A DNA stretch of 64,000 nt from Octopus sinensis. Its lineage: Eukaryota. The notes under the pieces are model-generated. The model ran no database searches, had not been told where the DNA came from, and worked only from the letters and a program-made list of their open reading frames with translations. Within the stretch, counting starts at the first letter, position 1, and the number at the start of each line of letters is the position of its first letter. The DNA lies in assembly GCF_006345805.1 (NCBI RefSeq), contig NC_043000.1, positions 97,030,001-97,094,000 on the forward strand, written 5' to 3'. Positions 14,183 to 26,483 of this stretch are shown here, piece by piece. A program made the translations under genes and the position numbers.

Positions 14183-14478
14183 GACAATACTTCTTGATAC
14201 ACTAAATATTTAGGTTATTTTCGTTACGCTAGTGCCTGCCATACGAGCACCAACAATTTGACCTTTTTGAAAGTCCGATAGATCTGTCATTTTAATGAAT
14301 TTTAATTACCTTTTACTGATGATATCTGAAAAGAAACAGCAATTTTAGCAAAACATATTAAGCAACACTAATAATAAATCAAAAAACATAAAAATAAACA
14401 GGTTTTAGCGGTTAAATAGATATTTCAAAATTATGATGCTATGATACTAGGTGTTTCCATTATTTTGTCCAACCCGTA
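14183..14478 (-). mobile_element. 5' end (TIR + first codons) of the same Tc1 family
   Basis: Matches 57970-58170. Terminus reads TA-CGGGTTGGACAAAATAATGGAAACACC. Confidence 0.75.
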
Positions 14479-14479
14479 T

Positions 14480-14540
14480 ATGTATGTATATATACGTATG
14501 TATGTAAGTATGTATGTATATATGTATGTATATATGTACG

Positions 14541-14574
<34 letters not shown>

Positions 14575-14641
14575 TGCCTTTACGTACATATACATATGAA
14601 ATCATGAATATATATATATATATATAGATAGATAGATAGAC

Positions 14642-14726
<85 letters not shown>

Positions 14727-14745
14727 TACACATACACACATACAT
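14480..14745. repeat. (GTAT)n/(AT)n/(GATA)n microsatellite
   Basis: Direct reading. Confidence 0.95.
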
Positions 14746-14944
14746 ATGACTGTCTACAAAATTCGCACGATATTAACTAGTCTGGAGCCAAGCTGTGAGA
14801 CCTTTGCTCAAAATGGAGTTCCACGGGACTAAGCTCGAAACCTTATTGATGCAAAGGGAACTCATCGATGCCTGAGATTATGTATGTATCTATCTAGCTA
14901 GCTAGCTAGCTAACTAGCTCTTTAGAGAAAAGGCTAGATTGCCC

Positions 14945-16519
14945 TGTGTGTTCAAAATCCCCCATCTTCGAGGAGATTCAGAAAAGAAAACATACAGCTG
15001 CTGCAAGATGCCAAAACAGTCAACAACCTCAGGCACGGTAGACATTGCCTTTTACCAAACAGGGTTGAGTGAATGGCTTGCACATGGTACATAGTCTTCA
15101 TAACTGTTAATGTTTTTAAGACGTACTTGCAGCCCTTTCTCTGAGCCCTTCATGTTGGAAGCATTATTGTATGACTGACAACGGATATTTTCAAGTGAAA
15201 GCTTATGCTCCCCCAGAAATTGTTATTTTGTTGAACAAGGTCGTGGATGCATATTTTCTATTGGCAAAAATACTAAAAATCACTCACGGGGTTTTCCATT
15301 ATAACAGTATCGAACCACAATTACCAGCTGGTCAACATGTGTCATGACAGGTGTAGAGTCAACAATAATTGTAGTAGTATTTGATTCATGTGTTTTCCCA
15401 TGATTTCTATCAATTCTTCATAGGTAAATAATATTTACTTTCTCATTTCTCTAAATGTCTATGTAAAAATAGGTTAAACACCACAGTAAGCTCAAAGGCC
15501 CCCATGAAATTTCTATAGTTTGGGGAACCCCATTTTTTCTCATGACCTCTAAATGCTAAACCTTTTTCACTTAAAAACTTTATAACTACTACAACTCGTT
15601 TAGTACTTCAATATAGTACTGCATGATTTTTCTCAACTGTTCCTCAAGTTGCTGATCCACAGTGTTTTTATCTGCTTTTCTTGTTGGCCAGCTCAACATC
15701 GCCCTATTATGTTTCATGCTGTCTTCATGATTTTCTAGAGTTCTGAGTATATTCACCCAATCAGAAAACCCACCCGTTGTAAGTGATATTTAGTATTTAG
15801 AAAAGAGTTTGCTCTTTGAGTAAACAAACCAGGATCTCATCAGAGTCTGACCGTTTTTCAATCTTTTTTTCAAAGTACTTGTTTGAGAAACTTCGATGTT
15901 GCTGTTACTAAATCTTGTTGGATTCAATATATGCATTATCTGGGTTTTTTTTATTTTGAAACAAATTGATGACTTGCATTAAACGGTTTAGTATGAAATT
16001 ACTATCAATATTACGGGCCAGTTTTCCAGGTCACTGTATTCTATGAATACATTTTGCACAAGGTGATATTGAAACAATTTTTTTTTAGAAAAACTGCTTT
16101 GTTACTGAACAGATTGTGTCCAAAATTAGGTGGCAAACCCTTTCATTGGTCATTAAATAATGGTGTGAAAATAAGAATTCATATCTCTACAGTGCCGATG
16201 TAGTAGTAGACATATTTGACAATGGAAGAGGCATGGCCGAAGTTTCCAAAATAATTCAAGTAAAGCGAATTATCTGCGAGTCGTTTGTACTTTTATTTTT
16301 TATGCTACTCCACACCTGAAGAAAAAGCAGGTAAACAACTTGTAGCGAGACACTACGTGTCTAGACGTCCACTAAGACTGATAACAGCAATCTTCATGGC
16401 AAAATACAAAAACAAAAAAAAAATGACCATGAAAAATTTAAGTTGCTTCAGAGGGGCCCTTCCGGGACTAGGGGTCCTGAAGCTTAAGCTTCATTAGTTC
16501 TATGGTAGATCCGTCACTG
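14945..16519 (-). mobile_element. Decayed hAT transposon (ZMYM1-like transposase remnants + 5' TIR)
   Basis: GFSDWVN...HEDS, IIVDSTP..HVDQL.IVVRY, CQSYNNASNMKG..KGLQ, YVPCASHSLN, QQLYVFFSESPRRW. Terminus CAGTGACGGATCTA at 16519. Confidence 0.78.
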
Positions 16520-16946
16520 TAAATAGAAGTGACGATGATTAAACTTTGTTATTGTGTATCAAACTAGAAGTTCTATTCTCTCCAAAATTTTAAAGGAGGT
16601 ATTTTTTTAAACATAATATACCTGGATTAAAAATTGATTTTCAGATACAAATTCAATCCCTCTTCTTGTTCATATAATCGTTCCCCACCTGCATTGCCAT
16701 GACCCTATGGGGTTGGAAATGGCTTAAACAGAGAACGCAACACGCAGATGTATGTACTGATAATTTTATTGAGTATCTGAATTCACCGCCGATCAAGTTA
16801 AGACTGTCGGTTTTACGAGACTTGACACTTGAATGTTAATCCCAGGTTCGCCTTTGCATAAAACATATAAGTATACATATATGTATGTGTACTTGTCTGT
16901 GAGTGTGAGTGTGTAAGGATGTGTTTATATTTGTATTTACATATGT

Positions 16947-16994
<48 letters not shown>

Positions 16995-17291
16995 CATACA
17001 TACATACATACATACATACATACATACATACATACATACATACACATGTATATATTTATATGTGTATGTGTACATAAATATATAAGTACAAATCTTTTTA
17101 TATATTCATATATTTTCTCACCGAAAATTGGGCAAATGTGGGCAGAAGGAAATATAAGCTTTGTTTTAATTTACTTGAAAAGAAATGTCTTCAGCTTTGC
17201 CGTTAGATAAGTAATCTCAGTTTTAAAAAAAAAATAGACCAAAAATAAAAATTCACATATGGACTCATAATTATGAGTTAAACATTAACAG

Positions 17292-17351
<60 letters not shown>

Positions 17352-18223
17352 CTTATCTATCTATCTCCCCACTATCTCCCTTTATATCTATATATGTGTG
17401 TGTGTGTGTGAGAGAGAGTGAGAGAGAGAGAGAGAGAGAACGAGGCAGAGGGAGAGAGAGAGAGAGATAACGCATTACTTTATTTAAGCATATATTGCAT
17501 AATCATACTCGTAAAACCACCTCATTTCGGTTCCTGTTAATACTCGACATGCCAACAAAATACAAACCAAAATTATATACATATATCTACATCCATAAAT
17601 CCCCATACAAGCATACATGCTTGTATATATGTATGTATGTGTGTGTGCGCGCGCGCGCGTCTAGAGCTTATTAATTTGGTTATGAGAGAACATTTCAAAT
17701 TTTTTCTTTTCATTTTTTCCCCACCTTCTTTCTAGCTTTAGTAACAAAGAAACACCCTTCTGGGAAATTATATCAGATTTTTAGACACTAGTCAGAATTG
17801 GATTTCGGATGGATTTCATTTCTAATAAAGTTGAAAATTCGCCACAAGAAAAAAGAATTAACTGTTTCGAAATACATAAAAATATAAACAAAAAAAAACG
17901 GTTTCTTGTGACATGTGGACACCCGTTAATCCTTCCCTCTATAATGCCACCATCAGCAAATATGCAGCCAACATGGCTGTCATCACTAGCACCTCCACTA
18001 CCGACGCCAGCGACACCCTGTTGTCGCTTTTGGACAGATTTTTTTCTTTTCTTCAGACGAGGGAGAAAAAAACTAATTTCTTTCATAATCCTTTTATCTT
18101 ATTAGTTTACATACATAAATACATTCATACAAACGAGCATACACACGCTCTCTCACACACACCCACACATACTTTTTCTCTTTGCTTATCTCTCTTTCTT
18201 GCCTTCTCCCTCATTATCGCTTC

Positions 18224-18254
<31 letters not shown>

Positions 18255-18407
18255 TCTCTCTCTCTCTCTCTCGTACGCGCGCTGTGTGTGTATGGGGTGT
18301 GTCTCTTCTTTATTACCATTCTTTATCTCGAAATCTTTCGCATACTACTCTGCCTGCTTCTGTCTCTCCCATTTTCTCTCTCCGTGTTCATATATATACA
18401 TACATAC

Positions 18408-18442
<35 letters not shown>

Positions 18443-19994
18443 ACGTGAATCTTCGCAACAGTGAACAAGGGAAGAGATGTGGTGGCGAGGTGGCGAATTA
18501 ATGCTTTAGCAGTCTAGTAAGGACTGACATTAATTAAAACGATAAATAGATAGACATGCAGATATATCATGCATATGTGCTATGTGCAGATGTAACTACG
18601 TATGTATGTGTGTAAGAATGTATGCGCACAGTGAGCGATAGATTTGAGCGGAATTTGGTTATTGTTCTTACTATGTCGAACGACCATTTACAGGTTCTCT
18701 CACTGGTTCGACATTTTTTTACAGAATCATTTTAGCTCTTTCCCCACTCTTCATTCGTTTTTTCTTTATACCGAGTCCATGCCAATGTCCCAGCCTCTGT
18801 CTCTACCTCGAATCTACTGCAATCACTTTCTGGCACAAAATTTAGCGTCCTCAGAAGCCGTCTTTGTAAGGGTTTGAAAATCAAACGTAAAGGAAGAACA
18901 TATTGGAAAGAAAAAAAACATTTCATCTTGTATTCTTAACGTTTCTTACAGCTTATAGTTCTTCAGTCCAAAGTTGAAGCGCGTGGCTTAGTGGTTAGGT
19001 TATTGGAATCATGATCGTAAGATTGTGGTTTCGATTCCTAGACCAGGCGACTCGTTGAGTTCTTGAGCAAAGCACTTCATTGTATGATGCTCCAGCCCGC
19101 TCAGCTGGCAAAAATGAGTAATCTTGTGACGGACCGGCGTCCCTTCCAGGTGGGGAATTTATACGCCTTGGAAAACGGAAGATCAGTCCTTATGAGTCTG
19201 TATGACTCGAGAAGGTAACTTTACCTTTAGTTTCAATCCAATGAGAATCTCTTCGTTGTGAACCGACACGCTTACAATAGCAAGAACATATCCCTCAAAT
19301 TACGTTCTATCGTCTTAAAACAGAGCATGACATAGAAGATTGTATTACTTGATAAGTCGAGAGAACATTCCTCAATGATCTGTCTGCTCAACCAGGATTG
19401 AACAGGGACTAAACAACAACAGCAACAGCAATTATAAATTTAGTAAATCCTCTTTTCTGATTTATGAGTGATAATCTTGCATTTCCTAAGTGATTTAACA
19501 GTGTACATGCTTATTTGAAGTTGCTATCGTTGAAAAGTATCACTCAAATACTGTAGACGATTTAATTGACTTTATATTGGTGGGGGAGAAATGGATGAAG
19601 GAATAAGGAGAGGAAGAAGTGGAGATGTCACTGCCTTCTTCATGTTCTTTTTTTTTCTTATCCTATTAAAATTCCATTCGCATCTAGGATGATTTATAGG
19701 AATATTAAATCAACTGCAGTGTTTGGCTGGAACTTTTCATCATATTACATTTTTGCTGTTTACATCATTTTGTATGTAGCCGAATTCCATATCTTATCAA
19801 ATAACACAAAAAATGTTATTACATATATGAAACTGTTATCCATGTCGCAAGTATGATTATGAGATTAAAAAGTTAGAACACATTGGACTAGTGTTTTCTA
19901 CATAATCTTCCAGTCGAACAAAGCACTGTACGTTTATTTGGTAGATGGAAATTGCATGGAATCCCTTACATACAGACAGTCAAAGAAAAAGGAT

Positions 19995-20064
<70 letters not shown>

Positions 20065-20748
20065 GATAGATAGATAGATGAAGAATGCTAGAATCAATAC
20101 GCAGATGTCATCAGATGCCCTTCTATATTTTGTTACGTCTTTTGACGGCCAGGGTTACCTCCCCATAAATCACGTTCCAGACATAGTACTAGATTCGATA
20201 TCATCGAGTAAAATCCTTGACGCCGATAATCCGTCATGATCTGCGTCTAATGACTGAGACCAATAAGAGAATATTCTGTCATAAACTGTCCGTCATTTTA
20301 TCAGGCAAAATTGTTTTTGATGTCATATAAATCAGTTCTGTCATATCATAAACTGTTATTCATATCTTATATAAACTTTTGCTGGTGTTATATATCATAT
20401 CATATTATATTGTATTATTGTCATATAATATATCCTATAATTGTCATATCATCTAAGACTATCTAAAACTCTTTATATTTCATATTCAAACCATTTTTGC
20501 GCGTCATGTCATATATGTAAATTCTGTCATATATCATAGACAAATGTCTTATCATAAAAACAATCGTTCATATATCACATATCAAAACATGTTAACCTAT
20601 CATATCATAACATATAGAATGGCGTATAAAATTTTGTCATCATATATATATGTGTGTGTGTATTATCAAAGGTTAAAATTAATAAATTAATTAATTAATA
20701 ATTTTCCAAGTAGTTCGGTATGTTAAAACAACCATTATCGGTAAGCTT

Positions 20749-21198
20749 AAACAAAAATTCTTATAATTATGAGTATAATTATAATTAGGATTCAGCAAAA
20801 AATTTGCTTCACCACATACCGAAATTTAAAAATAGCAGCCAAAACTAGCTATTTCTCTTGCATAAGAAAATCTCCCAGACAACGATACTCAACAACTCAT
20901 GTAAGCAAAGAGGTAAAAATAAGGAATTCATTCGGTTTCGATTAACTGTGGAAATGTGGTTTTTGCATTTTTCATATCTATCTAACTCCGAAACGCGTCC
21001 ACAGTTAATCTAAACCGAGTGAATTCCTTAATTTTTTTCTCTTTGCTTATATGAGTTGTTGAGTATCGTTGCCTGGGAGATTATCTTATGGTGGAGAAAT
21101 AGCTAGTTTTGGCTGGTATTTCTAAATTACGGTATGTGGTGAAGCAAATTTTTTGCTGAACCCTAATTATAATTATACTCATAATTATAAGAATTTTT

Positions 21199-21202
<4 letters not shown>
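20749..21202. repeat. Foldback: ~204 bp inverted arms (20749-20952 / 20998-21202), 45 bp spacer
   Basis: Arms are imperfectly complementary. GAAACGCGTC hammerhead 3' half sits at the start of the right arm. Confidence 0.8.
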
Positions 21203-21293
<91 letters not shown>

Positions 21294-21391
21294 TCTTGTA
21301 CTTGTTTCAGTCATTTGACTGCAGCCATGCTGGAGCACCGCCTTTAGTCGAACAAATCAACCCCAGGACTTATTCTTTGTAAGCCTAGTAC

Positions 21392-22505
21392 AGGAAGAGT
21401 GAAAACGCAATTGAAGTGCAAAGACGGTTTAAAAGGGAGTCTCAAACAGATCCACCAACTTACCATCACTCGAACTAGTGATAAGTTTGAAGCTGATGGA
21501 ACTGTTTAGTATGTCCACGAGAAGTGTTTCGGAAGACCCCGAACATCAACAACCCCCACAAAGCAAGAAGGAGTGTTGGAAACGAATCACCAAAGTCCAA
21601 GAAAATCTGCGGCAAGCGACTTGTTAGGTAGATATTTCAAAATCGTCTGTCCAAAGAATTTTGAAGCGTTGTCAATGGAAAAGTTACGTTCCAAGATTAG
21701 TCCATGCTATTAATGATGATGATCCAGACCGAAGAGTGCAGTATTGCGAGTGGTACTTGGCACGACGTGTAGAAGATGCACACTTTCCAACAAAGATTGT
21801 GCGGAGTGATGAGGCCACATTCAAATTAAATGGATCAATTAACTACCACAATTGTACCTACTGGGGACCTGAAAATCCGCTTGTTATGGTGAACCACCGT
21901 GTTAATTTACCAGGAATCACAGTGGGGTGTGGCTTATCATCAAGTGGGTTAACTGGACCATTCTTTTTTGACGCTACTGTGACTGGACCCGTTTACTTGC
22001 TGCAACAGTCTGTCATGCCAAGCATTAGAGAAGACTTTGAAGATGGAGAGTTTTATTTTCAGCAAGATGGGGCACCCCAACACTGTCATCACGATGTTAG
22101 ATCCTTCCTTGATGAGATCTTTCTAAACAGATGGATTGGACGAAGGAGTTTCGTTGAATAACCTACACGTTCACCAGACCTCACACCACTTGAACTTTTT
22201 TTATAGGAATACCTAAAAGATAAAGTATATGCTATGAAACCTGCAACGGTCGCTAATTTGAGTTTAACCATTGAACGAGAATGCACACAAATATCAAACA
22301 ACTTGTTTCGTGATGTTTGCGATTCCATTGCTTTACATTGTCAGCAGTGCCTGGACCAGAACGGACGTCAGTTTGAAAACAGGCGTTGACAAAACAATAA
22401 AATAATGTCTATAGATTCTATTAAATTTTGAAAATGGAATGTATTTTAATAAACACCAACTTTACAATTATTTAAAGTGAGTATGCATTTTGGGGGGACA
22501 CCCTG
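21392..22505 (+). mobile_element. Decayed Tc1/mariner rosa-type (DD41D) transposon, 5'-truncated, right TIR present
   Basis: [19 protein letters not shown]...RWIGR...*PTRSPDLTPLE. 41 codons lie between D (22066) and the third acidic residue (22192). Ends ...GACACCCTG|TA. Confidence 0.85.
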
Positions 22506-22792
22506 TATATATATATATATATATACCATATGTACAAAAAAATGTTCATATCGTAAGAAATCAAAGTTGAAGAGAAGTAATTGATGTAGGTGGCGCGTTG
22601 AAATGAAGTGTAGAGATGACAAGGAGGCCCACCAACATACTCGTACCTTTACAGTTAATATTGCTCTTCAGAAACCCATTACCCTTTCTGGTGACTATTC
22701 TTATCGTGTACGAAAATACAATGACCATAAGTGTTATTAACGCATTATCGCACATGTGAGTATGTACTGATAAATGTAATATCTATACATAC

Positions 22793-22826
<34 letters not shown>

Positions 22827-23399
22827 TGTGTGTGTGTGTATGTGTGTGTGTGTGTAAGCATGTATGTATTTATGTTTGATTGTTGGAAGTGGATGCTAAA
22901 AGTTCAACTTCAATCTGAAAATATCTGCCAATTTGTGTGACTTCTCTTTTCGTGTTAACGTAAAGTGTCTGTAAGTTGGCGCCAAACTACTTACGATTGT
23001 ACACATTTGGGGGTTGATACTTAACCGAAAGGAATTAATGTGTAGTATGTATCATACGAATGTACGTGTGCAAATGTTAGTTTACTATCGAGAGATAGTA
23101 TACACTTAATACATGTAATAGAGAACATGCATTTATTGAAAACAAATGATGTACATATAAACATACACACACACATATCTGTATAAAGAACACTTATTAT
23201 ATTATACTAGCTACAACTATTTTCAAAGAGAGATTCCAATACTTTTGTGAAAGTAACGATTTTGTTTACGGTATAGGAAAGTTCACGTTAAATAATAGTT
23301 TCAGCTCAGGCGGGAATCTACTGTTTGTCTATTTCTATTTGTTTCTCTGTTTCCTTGTATGTGTGCGTGTGTGTGTATACAAATACATATATATATATA

Positions 23400-23642
23400 T
23401 GTGGTAAGTAGCTTGCTTACCAACCACATTCAGTCCCACTGCGTGGCACCTTGGGCAAGTGTCTTCTACTATAGCCTCGGGCCGACCAAAGCCTTTGAGT
23501 GGATTTGGTATACGAAAACTGAAAGAAGCCCGTCGTATATATATGTGTGTGTGTGTGTTTGTGTGTCTGTGTTTGACTCCCCAACACCGCTTGGAAACCG
23601 TTGCTGGTTTGTTTACGTGTGCAGCCCTGTGTGGCCAATGAA
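23400..23642 (+). mobile_element. SINE family B with CORE-like CACCTTGGGCAAGTGTCTT motif; other copies 21292-21391, 26240-26400, 44370-44770 (all minus)
   Basis: tRNA-like head, CORE-like block, internal (TG)n. Confidence 0.7.
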
Positions 23643-23782
23643 GAAACTTATCTCTCTCTCTCTCTCTCAACACAACCCCACCATTTATTGATTTATATAT
23701 ATATATATATACCGGAGTAAACACATAAATGTGAAACAAGGTGGAAAAAAGAGTACTCAAATACCAGTGGTAGAGTAATATG

Positions 23783-23932
23783 CTTTATTTTAAGCAGCAG
23801 AAAATTCAACAAAATCTGTTACTCTGAGTTTCTCGTTGCCGTTCATCAGACAGAGCAAAAACTGTCTGATGAACGGCAACGAGAAACTCAGAGTAACAGA
23901 TTTTGTTGAATTTTCTGCTGCTTAAAATAAAG
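23783..23932. repeat. Perfect 71 bp inverted repeat with 8 nt loop (pLTR foldback)
   Basis: 23783-23853 is the exact reverse complement of 23862-23932. Confidence 0.95.
23862..23899 (+). ncRNA. Minimal hammerhead motif (mirror copy at 23816-23853, minus)
   Basis: CUGU-CUGAUGA-ACG GCAA CGA-GAAA-CUCAGAG-U-A-ACAG. Confidence 0.68.
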
Positions 23933-24133
23933 TATATATATATATCTATATATCTATACAATATGTTACATTACTCGGTAGTCAAGATAAAACTCTGAGT
24001 TTCAGATGCCGAAGTGGAAATCCACAACACCATCTCTTCGGTTATCTGGCTATTTGAAAACGTTATGAAAAAATACCGTTAAATAAAGGGAAATTACTCT
24101 GTTATAACTCTGCTTGCCTGCGTACTTATACAT

Positions 24134-25860
24134 ACTCTTACACAACAGTATCATTAATAATTATACTAAGGCTAGGGCACAGACATATAACGAAATCAAT
24201 AAAGAAGCTAGCGTCATCGCCGCTAAACTTAAATTAGATAAAAAAATAGAAGCCCTTCCCCAAAAAGAGGCCTTTATTACTATTAAAGATCATAAAGAAA
24301 ACTTCCTTTCCAACCCTAAATGTAGGCTTATCAACCCAGCCAAGTCAGAACTTGGGATTATTAGCAAAGAATTTTAGATAAAATAAATACGAAAATTAAG
24401 ACCGATACTAGGCTAGTACAATGGTCCAATAGTATAGAAGTCGTAGACTGGTTTAAAGCTATTAATAAGAAAAAAGCGAGGTTTACACAATCGATATTGT
24501 TGATTTTTATGCCTCTATCTCTAAAGAACTGCTAGATAAAGCCCTCATCTTCGCTAGTGACTTCATAGAAATTAGTACCAATGATAAGGAAATAATCTTC
24601 CATGCTAGAAAGACCTTACTTTTCAGTGAGGACGCAAAGTGGGTAAAAAACACCGACACAGAGGGCGCTTTCGATGTGAGCATGGGTTCATATGATGGGG
24701 CAGGCATCTGTGATCTAATTGGACTTTTCTCCTAGATACCTTAGGTAAGACATTCCCTAACGTACATTTCGCCATCTACAAAGATGATGCCCTCGCCTTA
24801 ACAGCTAATACAAATGGACCAGCACAAGATCGTTTTAGGAAGGATATTATCCAGTTAATGAAGCACTTCGGACTTAGTATAACTATAGAACTAACTTGAC
24901 GGTTGTCAATTTCTTAGACGTTTCCTTAGATCTTAATAAGAATATTTATAAGCCTTATAGGAAGCCCAATGATAGACTAAGTTATATTAATGTAGGTTCA
25001 TGCCATCCCCCTATAGTATTCAAAAATTTAGTTAAAAATATTAGTAAGAGGATTTCTAGCCTCTCATCTGATGAGGACATCTTCAATAGCGTTGCCCCAG
25101 TTTATAATAAGGCTTAAAAGATAGTGGTTTTAGCGATAAAATAAATATACACCTATCACTAGCCCAACAGTAAAGAAAAGGAATAATAGAAATAGGAAGG
25201 TCATCTGGTTTACGCCCCCTTACTCACCCGAGGTGGCCTTCAATATAGGTAAATATTTCCTAGCACTGATAGATAGACATTTTCCAGTTAACCATACTTA
25301 TAGGAAACTCTTCAATAGACACAATTAAAAATTAGTTTTAGTTCAACTACCAATTTTAAAAACATAATCAAACATAACATACAAAAAACACAAGAAGAAA
25401 ACAGCTGTTATGCAGGAATAAAGAATTGTGCCCGCTAAATGGAGCTTGCATGTCCAAGACCATCATATATGAAGCTACCGTAAACTCTATAACCACTAAA
25501 GACACCGTTTCGACGAAGAAATACGTGGGCCTTACAGTGGGTAATTTCAAGGCCAGGTTCAATAACCACACTTTGAGCTTTAGGCACTGGAACAAAAGAA
25601 AAGCGACACAATTGTCTAATCATATTTGGTCTTTAAGAGATGGTGTCGATTATAACATACAATGGAAGATTTTGGCCAGATGTAAGCCCTATACTAACGG
25701 CAGCGGAAGGTGCGGTCTATGCGACATGGAGAGATGGCTTATCTGGAAAAGCAGCTTAGACCCTACCACATGTCTAAATACAAGGACAGAGCTTTTCGGA
25801 TCATGCCCACATGTGACTAAGTTTCTGTTACGTTTTTGGTCCCCTAAAGAAAACAGATAG
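24134..25860 (+). pseudogene. PLE reverse transcriptase + C-terminal GIY-YIG endonuclease, frameshifted
   Basis: NPKCRLINPAKSELG, MGSYDGAGICDL, IYKDD, VNFLDV, YRKPND, CPLNGAC, KKYVGLT...FKARFNNH, CGLCDMER...CPH. Confidence 0.88.
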
Positions 25861-26044
25861 AACATGCTTTCTATGTTATGTCCCAAGAAGAATTTATATA
25901 TTTTTATATATTTTTTATGTATTTTTTATAATTTTTATGACGAAAAAAAATGCGAGCGATGTATAAGTACGCAGGCAAGCAGAGTTATAACAGAGTAATT
26001 TCCCTTTATTTAACGGTATTTTTTCATAACGTTTTCAAATAGCC

Positions 26045-26107
26045 AGATAACCGAAGAGATGGTGTTGTGGATTTCCACTTCGGCATCTGAAACTCAGAGT
26101 TTTATCT
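26045..26107 (+). ncRNA. Hammerhead-like motif with variant core CCGAAGA in the Nematis-like pLTR (mirror 23985-24047, minus)
   Basis: AGAUAA-CCGAAGA-GAUG...CAUC-U-GAAA-CUCAGAG-U-U-UUAUCU. Confidence 0.55.
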
Positions 26108-26206
26108 TGACTACCGAGTAATGTAACATATTGTATAGATAAATTTCCTCTATTTACATAATATTGAGGTCTCTTTCTTCTTTTGTTATCTTACCGTTTT
26201 ATCAAT

Positions 26207-26242
<36 letters not shown>

Positions 26243-26400
26243 CACGACGGGCTTTTTCAGTTTCCGTTTACTAATCCCTCACAAGGCTTCGGTTGGCTCG
26301 AGGCATAACAGAAGACATCTGCCCAAGTTGTCACGCAGTGGGACTGAACCCGGAACCATGTGGTTGGGAAGCAAGCTTTGTATCACATAACCACTCCTAC

Positions 26401-26483
<83 letters not shown>

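Larger units (their letters stand above)
23951..26200 (+). mobile_element. 5'-truncated Penelope-like element (Nematis-like) with 3' pLTR and inverted 5' pLTR copy
   Basis: RT and GIY-YIG remnants at 24134-25860. 23951-24133 is the exact reverse complement of 25959-26141 (183 bp). Confidence 0.88.

Noticed and set aside
17780-18110. Possible gene 5' region between GA/CT repeats
   Set aside because: No supportable ORF, splice pattern or promoter motif.
18925-18972. Minus-strand CTGAAGA...GAAACGTT candidate (similar one near 45125-45155)
   Set aside because: Stem I is absent and stem II is weak, so it cannot be distinguished from chance.
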